A stretch of DNA of 38,985 nt from an uncultured Chloroflexota bacterium (GCA_903915565.1 CAIWTG010000147.1:1-38985); one strand, 5' to 3'; shown: positions 25,147-34,315, counted from the stretch's first letter. Notes: a model not told the origin generated them from the letters alone. Numbers and translations: made by a program.

Positions 25147-26590
25147 ACTTACGCTTCCACACGGTGCCCTGCGCCGTATCCTCCAGCGCAATGCCGATGG
25201 CGCTTAAGCCGTCGCGGATTTCATCGGCAAGGTTAAACTGCTTGGCTTTACGCAGCTCCTTACGCATGGATATTAACGACGCCATGATGGTTTCAATATC
25301 ATCAGCAACAGCGCCAGCACTAACACCGGCGGTTTTGGCTTTTTGATTAATGGCTGACGCCAGCTTTTTCAAAGGCTCAATGTCTATTGTCGCCTCTGCT
25401 TTGCCTTCGAAAGTAAGCCCTAGTATCCCGCCCAGTTCTTTTAACGTCTCGCGAGCTTTACCGGCGTTCATGCCCTCTTCCTCCGCCCGGTTGATGTCCC
25501 GCGCTAGGTCGAAGAGCGCCGCTATCGCCTGCGGGGTATTAAAGTCATCGTCCATTGCCTCAATAAATCTATCGTAATAGGGTTTAGGTTCCAGGGCTTT
25601 TTTCTTGCCAGCGGCGACTTCTTTATTTACCACCCGTACGAGCCTGTCCGCCCCGCTTTGTGCCGCGGCAACAGCTTCTTCAGTATAAGTCAACGGACTG
25701 CGGTAGTAGGAGCCTAAAACGAATATCCTGAATGAATCCGGCGTATGCTTCGTTAAAAAGTCCCGTATCGTTACTAAATTCCCCAGGCTTTTACTCATCT
25801 TTTCCGCACCAAGCTGTAGCGCGCCGTTATGCATCCAGTATTTGACGAAAGGAACTTTGCCGGTATAACTTTCTGTTTGTGCTATCTCGTTCTCGTGGTG
25901 GGGAAAGACTAAATCCGTCCCGCCACCATGGATGTCTATCTGTTCGCCCAAATATTTAGTTGACATGGCGCTGCACTCAATATGCCATCCTGGGCGGCCT
26001 TTGCCCCAGGGACTTTCCCAGGATGGCTCACCCGGTTTGGCTGCTTTCCAAAGCACAAAATCCAGAGGGTCTTCTTTTTCTTCGCCGGGCTCAACGCTGG
26101 CGCCGACCATCATAGTATCGAATTTCCGCCTGGAAAGTTTGCCGTAGTCGGTTTTATTTTTGACGCGGTAATATACACTCCCATTGGCCGCGTAGGCAAA
26201 ACCCTTGGCGATAAGGCCTTTTATCACTTCCAGCATTGTCGGGATTTCTTCGGTCGCTTTAGGATTAATGTCTACCGGCGAAACGTTAAGGGCTTCCATT
26301 TCTTCTTTGTAACTCTGCGCGTATTTTCCGGCTATTTCCGCCGCCGTAACGCCAAGCCGATTAGCACGGTTGATTATTTTGTCATCCACATCAGTAATAT
26401 TCTGAACTACCTTAACTTGATAACCCCGGAAACGCAAATAGCGGCGGACAACATCAAAAATAATAGCACTCATGGCGTGACCGAGGTGCGAATCATCGTA
26501 TGGCGTAACGCCGCAGACGTACATCGTCACCACCTTGCCGATGGGTTTAAAATCGGTTTTTTTGCCGCTTAAAGTATCGGATATTTTCAT
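25145..26590 (-). CDS. cysS: Cysteine--tRNA ligase
   Basis: MYVCGVTPYDDSHLGHA (HIGH), KMSKS, and WHIECS zinc/cysteine-binding motifs. 481 aa. Confidence 0.95.
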   Translation of the reverse strand: MKISDTLSGKKTDFKPIGKVVTMYVCGVTPYDDSHLGHAMSAIIFDVVRRYLRFRGYQVKVVQNITDVDDKIINRANRLGVTAAEIAGKYAQSYKEEMEALNVSPVDINPKATEEIPTMLEVIKGLIAKGFAYAANGSVYYRVKNKTDYGKLSRRKFDTMMVGASVEPGEEKEDPLDFVLWKAAKPGEPSWESPWGKGRPGWHIECSAMSTKYLGEQIDIHGGGTDLVFPHHENEIAQTESYTGKVPFVKYWMHNGALQLGAEKMSKSLGNLVTIRDFLTKHTPDSFRIFVLGSYYRSPLTYTEEAVAAAQSGADRLVRVVNKEVAAGKKKALEPKPYYDRFIEAMDDDFNTPQAIAALFDLARDINRAEEEGMNAGKARETLKELGGILGLTFEGKAEATIDIEPLKKLASAINQKAKTAGVSAGAVADDIETIMASLISMRKELRKAKQFNLADEIRDGLSAIGIALEDTAQGTVWKRK

Positions 26591-27078
26591 TTTCCCCTGC
26601 CCTCTATCATTGCCACCACATAAGCCGCCATGCCTTTGCCCCGCCCGATATCCCCTATCCCGTTATTGGTGCTGGCTTTAACGCTTACCTGGCCAATACT
26701 GATACCTAGCACCCGGCTCAAGTTTTTCCGTATGTCTTCAATATATTTACTAAGTTTAGGTTTTTCGGCTACCACCGTAGCGTCGATGTTCACTACCTCA
26801 AAATCCCTCTCCTTGAGTGTCACCGCCACTTCCGCCAGCAGGACAAGACTGGAAATATCTTTATATTCCACCGCGCCGGGCGGAAAATGCCGCCCGATGT
26901 CGCCCAAGACCGCCGCCCCCAGCAGCGCATCCATGACCGCGTGGGTGAGGACGTCGGCGTCGCTCCAGCCGTCAAGCCCTTTTTCAAAAGGTATTTTTAC
27001 ACCGCCCAGCACCAGCTTCCGTCCCTTCACCAGTGGATGAACGTCGTAACCTATGCCGATACGCTGGTTAGTGCTCAT
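26587..27078 (-). CDS. ispF: 2-C-methyl-D-erythritol 2,4-cyclodiphosphate synthase
   Basis: GIGYDVHPL and SDADVLTHAVMDALLGA motifs. 163 aa. ATGA overlap with cysS. Confidence 0.95.
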   Translation of the reverse strand: MSTNQRIGIGYDVHPLVKGRKLVLGGVKIPFEKGLDGWSDADVLTHAVMDALLGAAVLGDIGRHFPPGAVEYKDISSLVLLAEVAVTLKERDFEVVNIDATVVAEKPKLSKYIEDIRKNLSRVLGISIGQVSVKASTNNGIGDIGRGKGMAAYVVAMIEGRGK

Positions 27079-27748
27079 GTTTTTTCAGTAAAGCCTCCGC
27101 TAACGCCAGGTCGTCGGGTGTAGTTATCTTAATATTAGCATAAGAGCCCATATAGAGTTTAACTTTATAACCAGCTTTTTCCACCAGCGCCGCGTCGTCA
27201 GTGACGTCACCGGAGGAGTTTTTATAGGCTTTTTCAATAACATCGCGGGGGAATACTTGCGGCGTTTGGACGGCTCTTAAGTTTTGCCGCGAAAGAGTCT
27301 GGCTGACAATTTCGTCCTTTTGCACCTCTTTGATGGTGTCCGTCACCGGCACTGCCGCCACCGCCGCGCCGGTCGCTTTTGCCGCCGTCAGCCCCCGCTC
27401 GATAAGTTCGACGGTAACTAGAGGACGCGCCCCGTCGTGGATGACGACCCAGTCGGCGTCTTTAACTCGCTTTAGCCCCTCCGCCACCGAGTCCTGCCGT
27501 CTTTTGCCGCCTGGGACAACGTCTTTGACTTTGGACCACCCCTCCGCCTTAACAAGTTTACGGCAAGCCTCAATGTTTTTGGCGCTCATCACCACGACTA
27601 TATCGTCAACTTTTTTGCACTTTTGAAACGTATCAAGCACGCGCGCCAGCGCGGGACGACCGTTAATAGGGGCGAACATTTTATCAACGCCGCCCATCCT
27701 TTGCCCTTCCCCGGCTGCCACGATGATGGCTGCTACTTTATCACTCAT
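27068..27748 (-). CDS. ispD: 2-C-methyl-D-erythritol 4-phosphate cytidylyltransferase
   Basis: AIIVAAGEGQRMG, VVIHDGARP, and TPQVF motifs. 226 aa. Confidence 0.9.
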   Translation of the reverse strand: MSDKVAAIIVAAGEGQRMGGVDKMFAPINGRPALARVLDTFQKCKKVDDIVVVMSAKNIEACRKLVKAEGWSKVKDVVPGGKRRQDSVAEGLKRVKDADWVVIHDGARPLVTVELIERGLTAAKATGAAVAAVPVTDTIKEVQKDEIVSQTLSRQNLRAVQTPQVFPRDVIEKAYKNSSGDVTDDAALVEKAGYKVKLYMGSYANIKITTPDDLALAEALLKKHEH

Positions 27749-28293
27749 AACGCTAACTCAAACACCCGCGTCCTTTCCCAGTTGCCTTTGTCCTCGGCAA
27801 AGAGGTTGATGTAGGTTATTTTGTCTTCAAAATGCAGTTTATATTTGGAGAACCTTTTCTTGATGCTTTTAAAAACAGGGTCCGGGATGTGGCTGCCGAT
27901 AGTAACGTGCGGGATATAGTTATCGAGGTTAAATTCCCCGTCGGTATCAATCTCTTTAATATACCCGTCCAGCGACTTGATAATATCGGTGTGCAGTTTT
28001 TTCACCGCCTGGCGGTTCTGTATCGCGGCGTAAACCACTTTATTTTCGTTCTCAAAATACCTGATGCCTTTAAGCGTAACGTTGAATTGCTTGTTGCGTC
28101 TAGCCACTTTTTCCAGCTGTTCGTAAATTTGATACAAGCTGAAGACGGGCGCGAAGGGATAGACCAGGGTGATATGTGGCACGATGACGTAATCGATGTA
28201 TTGTTTAAAGTCCCGCCGCATTTTGCTCAATACTTTTTCGATGTCCTCGGAAAAAGTCAGGTCGATGGAGTAGATTCTTTCTTTCCTGGGCAT
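27745..28293 (-). CDS. 2H phosphoesterase superfamily protein (LigT / 2'-5' RNA ligase-like)
   Basis: Two HxT motifs (PHITLVYPF and PHVTIGSH) spaced about 95 aa apart in a 182-aa protein. It is translationally coupled on both sides (TAATG with radA, ATGA with ispD). Confidence 0.7.
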   Translation of the reverse strand: MPRKERIYSIDLTFSEDIEKVLSKMRRDFKQYIDYVIVPHITLVYPFAPVFSLYQIYEQLEKVARRNKQFNVTLKGIRYFENENKVVYAAIQNRQAVKKLHTDIIKSLDGYIKEIDTDGEFNLDNYIPHVTIGSHIPDPVFKSIKKRFSKYKLHFEDKITYINLFAEDKGNWERTRVFELAL

Positions 28294-29675
28294 TATTCAT
28301 CATCGCCTTTCCCTTTGCCGACCCCCTTATAGACCGCCTCCCTTAATGTGGCCGCGATTATCAATTCGATATCTTTAGGGGCGTTCACTTTTGCCCCTGT
28401 TTTAGGTATAATGCACTTCTTAAAGCCCAGTCGGGCTACCTCGGCGAGGCGTCTATCCATTTGGGGGGCGGGGCGTAGTTCGCCGCTTAAGCCCACCTCC
28501 CCCACCGCCGCCGTCTGGGGCAGGACTTCCGCGTCGCGGTAGCTGGAGGCAATTGCTAAAGCCATGCCTAAATCGGCGGCAGGCTCACCCACCTTTAAGC
28601 CGCCCGTCACGTTCACCATGACGTCCTGGTTGCCCAGCTTTAACCCCACCCGCCGCGATAGCACCGCTGTCACCACCAGCAGCCGGTTAAAGTCCACGCC
28701 GTTAGCCGTGCGCCGCGGTTGTCCGAAAGCGTTCATCGTCGTTAACGCCTGTATTTCCACTAATAGCGGCCGGCTCCCCTCGATGACGGGCACGACCGCC
28801 GACCCTACCGTTTCCGTTCCCCGCTGCGATAGGAATGCCAGCGATGGATTCGCCACCTCCACCATCCCCTCTTCTTTCATTTCAAAGACGCCTACCTCGT
28901 TAGTCGAGCCGAAGCGGTTCTTGACACAGCGTAATAGCCGGTAAGCGCTGAAAGGCTCGCCCTCAAGGTAGAGGACGACGTCTACGATATGCTCCAGAAC
29001 GCGCGGGCCGGCAATGGCGCCCTCTTTGGTGACGTGGCCGGAGATGAAGACGGGCACGCCGTGAGTCTTCGCCCACTGCATCAGGCGCATGGTGCAGTCG
29101 CGCACTTGCGAGACGCTGCCCGCCGCCGAATCTCCGCCCGGTATATAGACCGTTTGTATAGAGTCCACAATCAATAACGACGGTTGGGCATTTTCCGCCC
29201 GCTCAATCACCGCGTCAATGTCGGTCTCTGCCAGGACGAAAAGCCCCTCCCCTTTTAACCCCAGCCGCTTGGCCCGTATTTTTATCTGTTGCGCCGTTTC
29301 CTCGCCGGTGACATAGACCACGCTCTGGCGCGCGTTAGCAATGGATGCCGCCGCCTGTAGTAAGAGGGTGGATTTTCCGATGCCCGGGTCGCCGCTAACA
29401 AGGACTAACGACCCCGCCACGATGCCTCCCCCCAGCACACGGTTGAACTCGGCGAGGGGTAAAGGTGCGCGGTCTTTAGCCTCGATTTCTACCTGTGAAA
29501 GCTCCTGCGGGAAGGCGGCTGTGCCGGTGGGGCGGAGTGGGGCTTTAGTAGTGTTTAGGTTCATCTCGGAGAAGGTGTTCCACTGGTTGCAGTCCGGGCA
29601 CTTGCCGAGCCATTTAAGGCTTTCCTTGCCGCATTCTTTGCAGACGTAAACGACTTTCGCCGAGGACTTGCTCAT
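28293..29675 (-). CDS. radA: DNA repair protein RadA
   Basis: N-terminal zinc finger CKECG..CPDCNQW, Walker A GDPGIGKST, KNRFG motif, and a Lon-protease-like C-terminal domain. 460 aa. Confidence 0.95.
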   Translation of the reverse strand: MSKSSAKVVYVCKECGKESLKWLGKCPDCNQWNTFSEMNLNTTKAPLRPTGTAAFPQELSQVEIEAKDRAPLPLAEFNRVLGGGIVAGSLVLVSGDPGIGKSTLLLQAAASIANARQSVVYVTGEETAQQIKIRAKRLGLKGEGLFVLAETDIDAVIERAENAQPSLLIVDSIQTVYIPGGDSAAGSVSQVRDCTMRLMQWAKTHGVPVFISGHVTKEGAIAGPRVLEHIVDVVLYLEGEPFSAYRLLRCVKNRFGSTNEVGVFEMKEEGMVEVANPSLAFLSQRGTETVGSAVVPVIEGSRPLLVEIQALTTMNAFGQPRRTANGVDFNRLLVVTAVLSRRVGLKLGNQDVMVNVTGGLKVGEPAADLGMALAIASSYRDAEVLPQTAAVGEVGLSGELRPAPQMDRRLAEVARLGFKKCIIPKTGAKVNAPKDIELIIAATLREAVYKGVGKGKGDDE

Positions 29676-29710
29676 AGGATGAGTTTATTAGATTTGGGGA
29701 GATAAGGCAA

Positions 29711-29741
29711 GGGGAAAACAAAAGGGGGGCTTTCGCCCCCT
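29711..29741 (-). terminator. Intrinsic terminator after the biotinyl-carrier gene
   Basis: On the minus strand, a GGGGGC-GAAA-GCCCCC hairpin is followed by CTTTTGTTTTCCCC. Confidence 0.65.
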
Positions 29742-29764
29742 GTGTAACCAACAGTCAAGAATAT

Positions 29765-29986
29765 TTAGTACTCAATCACGGCGATTTTCTCGCCGGGCTT
29801 AACGACCTGGTCGGGCTTTACCGTCACCTCCACCACTTTGCCGCCTACCGCCGCCAGAATCGGGTTTTCCATTTTCATTGATTCCAAAACGCAGATAACG
29901 TCGCCTTCTTTAACGGCGTCGCCAACTTTAACTTCGACACTAAGGATTTTACCGGTGATAGGAACTTCTACCGTTTCCCTGGCCAA
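29765..29986 (-). CDS. Stand-alone biotin/lipoyl attachment domain protein (BCCP-like, 73 aa)
   Basis: LESMKME biotinylation motif inside a hammerhead-type domain (G.V..V.VK.GD.V..GD......). TTG start at 29986 with RBS AAGGAG 8 nt upstream. Confidence 0.75.
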   Translation of the reverse strand: MARETVEVPITGKILSVEVKVGDAVKEGDVICVLESMKMENPILAAVGGKVVEVTVKPDQVVKPGEKIAVIEY

Positions 29987-30015
29987 ATTTCAAGCTCCTT
30001 TCCATATAAACACTA

Positions 30016-30041
30016 AGGCGGTGGGTTTAACTCCACCGCCC
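30016..30041 (-). terminator. Hairpin downstream of clpC (possible terminator)
   Basis: On the minus strand, GGCGGTGG-AGTTAAAC-CCACCGCC is followed by TTAGTGTTTAT. The T-run is weak. Confidence 0.45.
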
Positions 30042-30077
30042 TATTATACTAAAGTCGGTTTGGGATGTCACTTTTTG

Positions 30078-32873
30078 TTATTTTGCTTTAGCGGCAACCG
30101 CTAACGGCGGGAGGGAGAACTCATCTTTGGACTCGATGGTGATTTCCTCGTCCTCCACATCCACCATCACCTCGGAGACATAGGCGTTCTCGGTCACGGT
30201 GACATCTTCAGCATATTTGGCTTTCTTGTCGGTTTTGCTTCTCGCCTTTTCTTCTAAAGCTTCCTTAACGATTTTTTCTACTTCGTACTTAATGCTCTCG
30301 GTGGCGTAGATGGTAATGTTATCGCCCTTCTTTTCGATATTTATAATTTCCGGGACGACGCGGAACTTATCGGTGGTCTTTTCCGCGGCGCGCTTTTCCG
30401 GTATTTCGTTAATCGCCTTGATAATATCGTCCACCACTGCCGAACGCTTAACGGTCGCCTTGACTTCATAAATTCTATCGAAGGTTTTAAAGCCGCCCCG
30501 TAACAACGCGTCGGAGAGTTTATCTTCCACAAGATTCTGGATGACGCGGCGCAGCTCACGCGCCCCGTATTCCTCTTTATAGCCTTCCTTGCCGAGGAGG
30601 TCCTTGGCGGCGTCGGTAATCTGAAGCTTGATTTCTTTTTCGGCAAGCTGCTTGCTCACATTCGTCATCATCATGTCGACTATCGTCCGTATTTGCTCCT
30701 CGGTGAGAGAGTGGAAGACGATGGTATCGTCGATGCGGTTCAGGAATTCGGGGCGGAAACAGCTCTCCTTCGGGTCCTTCAATTTTTTAAGGAGGTCATC
30801 TTTCATTTTGTTGTAGTTCTGCTCCCGCGTTTTTGCCTCGTTAGTGCGCTGTGCGAAGCCAAGCGAGCCCCGCTTAATTTCTACCGCGCCGAAGTTGCTG
30901 GTCATGATGATAATGCTGTTGCGGAAATCCACCCTCCGCCCCTTGGCGTCGGTGAGGTGCCCGTCATCGAAAATCTGGAGCAGCAGGTTAAAAACATCCG
31001 GGTGGGCTTTTTCAATTTCGTCTAATAAAATGCAGCTGTAAGATTTTCGCCGCACCGCTTCGGTCAGCTGGCCGCCTTCTTCATAGCCGATATAGCCGGG
31101 CGGCGCCCCAACCAGACGCGATACCGCGAATTTTTCCATGAACTCGGACATATCGATGCGGATGAGCGCATCTTCGCTGCCGAACATGTATTCGGCGAGG
31201 GTCTTGGCCATCTCGGTCTTACCAACGCCCGTAGGACCTAGGAAAAGGAAAACGCCCATGGGACGTTTCATGTCTTTAATGCCGGAGCGGGCGCGCCGCA
31301 CGGCTTTAGAAATAGCTTTAACGGCTTCTTCCTGTCCGGCGATGCGTTTGTGCAGGGATTCTTCCATATTCAGGAGGCGGCTCGCTTCATCGTCGGCCAA
31401 TTGGACCATGGGTACGCCGGTCCACATGCTGACAACCTCGGCAATGTCCTCTTTCCTGACCACCACATCTTCCTGCCCCTGCTCCTGCCGCCATTCGGCT
31501 TCCAGTTTTTTAATTTCTTCATCGTTTTGTAATTCGCGTTCCCGCAACTCGGCGGCATTGTCATACTGCTGGGTGGCGAGGGCGTTATCTTTATCCTTGC
31601 GGATGAGGTCTTGCGCTTCTTTAGCCTGCTTTAATGAAGCGGGCATGGTGCTGTGGTGGATACGCACCCTGGAAGAAGCCTCGTCAATCAAGTCGATGGC
31701 TTTATCCGGCATAAAGCGGTCGGGAATATAGCGTGCCGCCATGCTGGCTGCCGCGGCCAGAGCTTCTTCGGTTATCTTGAGGTGATGGTGCGCTTCGTAG
31801 CGCTCTTTAATGCCGCGTAAAATTCGTAATGTCTCGTCAACGGAGGGTTCTTCCACCAGCACGGGCTGGAAGCGCCGCTCCAGGCCGGCGTCTCGCTCCA
31901 CATACTTACGATAGTCATCCAGCGTGGTGGCACCAATGCACTGTAGTTCGCCTCTGGCTAAGGATGGTTTTAAAATATTGGCGGCGTCAACCGCGCCTTC
32001 GGCGGCGCCGGCGCCAACCATGGTATGAAATTCGTCGATAAAGATAATGCAGTTGCCTGCGGTTTTTATTTCGTCAATAATTTTCTTGAGCCGCTCTTCA
32101 AACTCGCCGCGGTATTTGGTGCCCGCTACCAGCGACCCCATATCCAGAGATATGAGCCTTTTATCTATCAGCGTCTCGGGCACAGTGCCGGCGATGATTT
32201 GCTGCGCCAGCCCTTCAACGATGGCGGTCTTGCCCACTCCCGGTTCGCCGATGAGGGCGGGGTTGTTCTTGGTGCGGCGACTTAAAATCTGGATAACCCG
32301 TTCCATCTCCTTATGCCGTCCGATAATCGGGTCGAGCTTCTTTTTGCGGGCGGCTTCGGTGAGGTCGGTGCCCAGCTGGTCTAAGGCTGGGGTTTTACTG
32401 GAGGTGCGGGTGAGTCTGGCTTTAGGTACGCCCTGCGTGAGAATGTGGGTAACCTCGGCGCGGGCGCGCTCCAGTGTGATGCCAAAGCTGTCTAGGACGC
32501 TGCAGGCCACACCTTCGCCTTCGCGGAGGAGTCCGAGCAGCAAGTGTTCGGTGCCGATATAGTTATGCCCCATCTGGCGGGCTTCATCAATGGCTAGTTC
32601 GATGACTTTTTTAGCGCGCGGCGTCAGGCCGGTCTCGGTGGAGCCGGGTTTTTCGCCCCGCCCAATGATAAATTCAACTGCCGAGCGTACTTTGCCTAAA
32701 CCGATGCCCAAGTTAGTGAGCACTTTGGCGGCAACACCCTCTTCTTCACGCGCCAGCCCGAGTAAAATATGCTCGGTGCCGATATAGCTGTGATTAAGAT
32801 TGCGCGCCTCTTCCTGGGCAATAGTGAGGACTCGGCGGGCTCTTTCGGAAAATTTCTCAAATCTGCTGGCCAT
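30078..32873 (-). CDS. clpC: ATP-dependent Clp protease ATP-binding subunit ClpC-type (class I AAA+), with an extended C-terminus
   Basis: Duplicated Clp_N repeats (GTEHILLGL / GTEHLLLGL), two Walker A motifs (GEPGVGKT and GPTGVGKT), and a UVR-like middle domain. At 931 aa it is about 100-110 aa longer than the 810-830 aa I expect for ClpC. Confidence 0.9.
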   Translation of the reverse strand: MASRFEKFSERARRVLTIAQEEARNLNHSYIGTEHILLGLAREEEGVAAKVLTNLGIGLGKVRSAVEFIIGRGEKPGSTETGLTPRAKKVIELAIDEARQMGHNYIGTEHLLLGLLREGEGVACSVLDSFGITLERARAEVTHILTQGVPKARLTRTSSKTPALDQLGTDLTEAARKKKLDPIIGRHKEMERVIQILSRRTKNNPALIGEPGVGKTAIVEGLAQQIIAGTVPETLIDKRLISLDMGSLVAGTKYRGEFEERLKKIIDEIKTAGNCIIFIDEFHTMVGAGAAEGAVDAANILKPSLARGELQCIGATTLDDYRKYVERDAGLERRFQPVLVEEPSVDETLRILRGIKERYEAHHHLKITEEALAAAASMAARYIPDRFMPDKAIDLIDEASSRVRIHHSTMPASLKQAKEAQDLIRKDKDNALATQQYDNAAELRERELQNDEEIKKLEAEWRQEQGQEDVVVRKEDIAEVVSMWTGVPMVQLADDEASRLLNMEESLHKRIAGQEEAVKAISKAVRRARSGIKDMKRPMGVFLFLGPTGVGKTEMAKTLAEYMFGSEDALIRIDMSEFMEKFAVSRLVGAPPGYIGYEEGGQLTEAVRRKSYSCILLDEIEKAHPDVFNLLLQIFDDGHLTDAKGRRVDFRNSIIIMTSNFGAVEIKRGSLGFAQRTNEAKTREQNYNKMKDDLLKKLKDPKESCFRPEFLNRIDDTIVFHSLTEEQIRTIVDMMMTNVSKQLAEKEIKLQITDAAKDLLGKEGYKEEYGARELRRVIQNLVEDKLSDALLRGGFKTFDRIYEVKATVKRSAVVDDIIKAINEIPEKRAAEKTTDKFRVVPEIINIEKKGDNITIYATESIKYEVEKIVKEALEEKARSKTDKKAKYAEDVTVTENAYVSEVMVDVEDEEITIESKDEFSLPPLAVAAKAK

Positions 32874-33028
32874 ATTTCTTCCTGGGTGCTGATTTTGGCT
32901 GTGAATAGCCTGTTCTAATTTAATCTTATACCATCAAATGGGGTAAAGCAAGGGGGTTAGCACCAGCATGAGGAGGCGATAGCTATGTAGCAGAAAGACT
33001 ATTATTGAAGCTAGAAAATAGAAAAGTC

Positions 33029-33147
33029 CCCTGGCAGTGGCATATTTTCCACAAAGGGTTGTCCCCTCAGTATCGTCTGCGCTGAGGCGTTTCACTTCCG
33101 TGTTCGGGATGGGAACGGGTGGGACCACCTCGCTCTAACCACCAAGA
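33029..33147 (-). rRNA. rrf: 5S ribosomal RNA
   Basis: The minus strand reads ...CUUGGUGGUUAGAGCGAGGUGGUCCCACCCGUUCCCAUCCCGAACACGGAAGUGAAACGCCUCAGCGC..GAUACUGAGGGG...CCACUGCCAGG. This contains the universal CCCAUCCCGAACACGGAAGU(G/U)AAAC core and a 5'/3' helix I pairing. Ends are accurate to within a few nt. Confidence 0.9.
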
Positions 33148-33279
33148 GACTCGTTCTCTAGTGTTGATTCAGTTTTTAAAGGCACTTTCAAGCTACAGAG
33201 TATATTGTAGCATATATTAAGGCTGATGGGAAGGGGGTATAAATATTTTCTAAAAGTGGAATAATATCAGCAGAAATTC

Positions 33280-33308
33280 TTGACAAGCCTGCGCACAAGT
33301 GATAGTTT
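33280..33308 (+). promoter_or_regulatory. Putative promoter of remA-gmk
   Basis: TTGACA (33280-33285), 17-nt spacer ending in TGA, TAGTTT (33303-33308). The same GTGATAGTTT decamer occurs at 24754-24763 behind a TTGCAC. Confidence 0.45.
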
Positions 33309-33397
33309 ATTGAAGGGCTTTTCCCGGCGAATTTTTATTGGTATATTTCAGCGCGTTTTTCCCAGCAGCCAGCCCCAGGAAACTACGAGGTGACTTT

Positions 33398-33691
33398 ATG
33401 AGTATCGAATTAGTGCATATTGGATTTGGCAACATCCTGGCCATGAGCAGAACCATCGCCATAGCCTCCCCGAATTCCGCCCCCACCAAACGCATTATTC
33501 ACGACGGCCGCAGCAACGGTAAAGTAATTGATATGACCAGCGGCCGCAGAACCAAAGCCGTCATCTTTACCGACAGCGGCCATATCGTGCTGGCGGCGCT
33601 CGCCCCGGAAACCATTATGAGCCGCTTCGCCTCCATTCGTGCGGGAAAACTAGATTCGCTGGAAGGCAGTGAAGATATTGATGAAGGGTAA
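33398..33691 (+). CDS. remA: Extracellular matrix/biofilm regulator RemA (DUF370)
   Basis: Start re-called to the ATG at 33398, behind [36 protein letters not shown]...[25 protein letters not shown] closely parallels B. subtilis RemA. Confidence 0.9.
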   Translation: MSIELVHIGFGNILAMSRTIAIASPNSAPTKRIIHDGRSNGKVIDMTSGRRTKAVIFTDSGHIVLAALAPETIMSRFASIRAGKLDSLEGSEDIDEG

Positions 33692-34307
33692 AAATAACTC
33701 TTCCCTCCTACCTCCCATTAAGCCCCTCCTCATCGTCCTTTCCGGCCTTAGCGGCGTCGGTAAGGACACCGTACTGGCTGGATTAAGAAAAGCAGGATTT
33801 CCCGCTTACATCAGTGTTTCCGCCACCACCCGCCCTCGCCGCCCCGGTGAAAAAGACGGCGCCGATTATTATTTTGTTTCCCCCGAGAAATTCAAGACGA
33901 TGGTTAATGGCGAGGAGTTGTTGGAGTGGGCGACAGTTTACGGCCACCGCTACGGCATCCCCAAAGAGCCGGTCCGGCAGGCGCTCAAGAACGGGAAAGA
34001 CGTCATCGTCAAAATTGACGTGCAGGGTGCCGCGACTATCAAGAAAAAGGTGCCGCAGGCAGTGCTGATATTTTTAATGACATTGACTATGGCGGAACTG
34101 GAAGACAGGTTGAAGAAACGCCGCACCGAAACGGCAGCAGAACTGGAACTCCGCCTGAAGACGGCGGTAAAAGAACTGGACAGAATCCCCATGTTCGACT
34201 ACGTCGTCGTCAACCGTGAGGGGAAAGTAAATCAAGCTATTGCGGACATCAATGCGATTATTACCGCGGAAAAATGCCGCGCCAACCAGCGCGAGTGCGT
34301 TGTCTGA
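33681..34307 (+). CDS. gmk: Guanylate kinase
   Basis: P-loop GLSGVGKDT and [19 protein letters not shown] signature. The ATG at 33681 overlaps the remA 3' end by 11 nt. The remA-gmk synteny is conserved. Confidence 0.9.
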   Translation: MKGKNNSSLLPPIKPLLIVLSGLSGVGKDTVLAGLRKAGFPAYISVSATTRPRRPGEKDGADYYFVSPEKFKTMVNGEELLEWATVYGHRYGIPKEPVRQALKNGKDVIVKIDVQGAATIKKKVPQAVLIFLMTLTMAELEDRLKKRRTETAAELELRLKTAVKELDRIPMFDYVVVNREGKVNQAIADINAIITAEKCRANQRECVV

Positions 34308-34315
34308 ATTTAAAC

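Noticed and set aside
29987-30005. An ATG at 30005 (minus strand) upstream of the biotinyl-carrier gene.
   Set aside because: It is out of frame with the biotinyl domain and runs into a stop after about 19 codons. The in-frame TTG at 29986 with RBS AAGGAG is the better start.
32957-32990. TTAGCACC upstream of clpC, which resembles a half-site of the CIRCE element (TTAGCACTC-N9-GAGTGCTAA). I also looked for CtsR heptad repeats (GGTCAAA).
   Set aside because: The second CIRCE half-site is absent at the required spacing, and no GGTCAAA or TTTGACC repeats are present. I cannot call a heat-shock operator.
32934-33128. 64-aa minus-strand ORF.
   Set aside because: It overlaps the 5S rRNA gene on the same strand. 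The sequence is explained by the rRNA.
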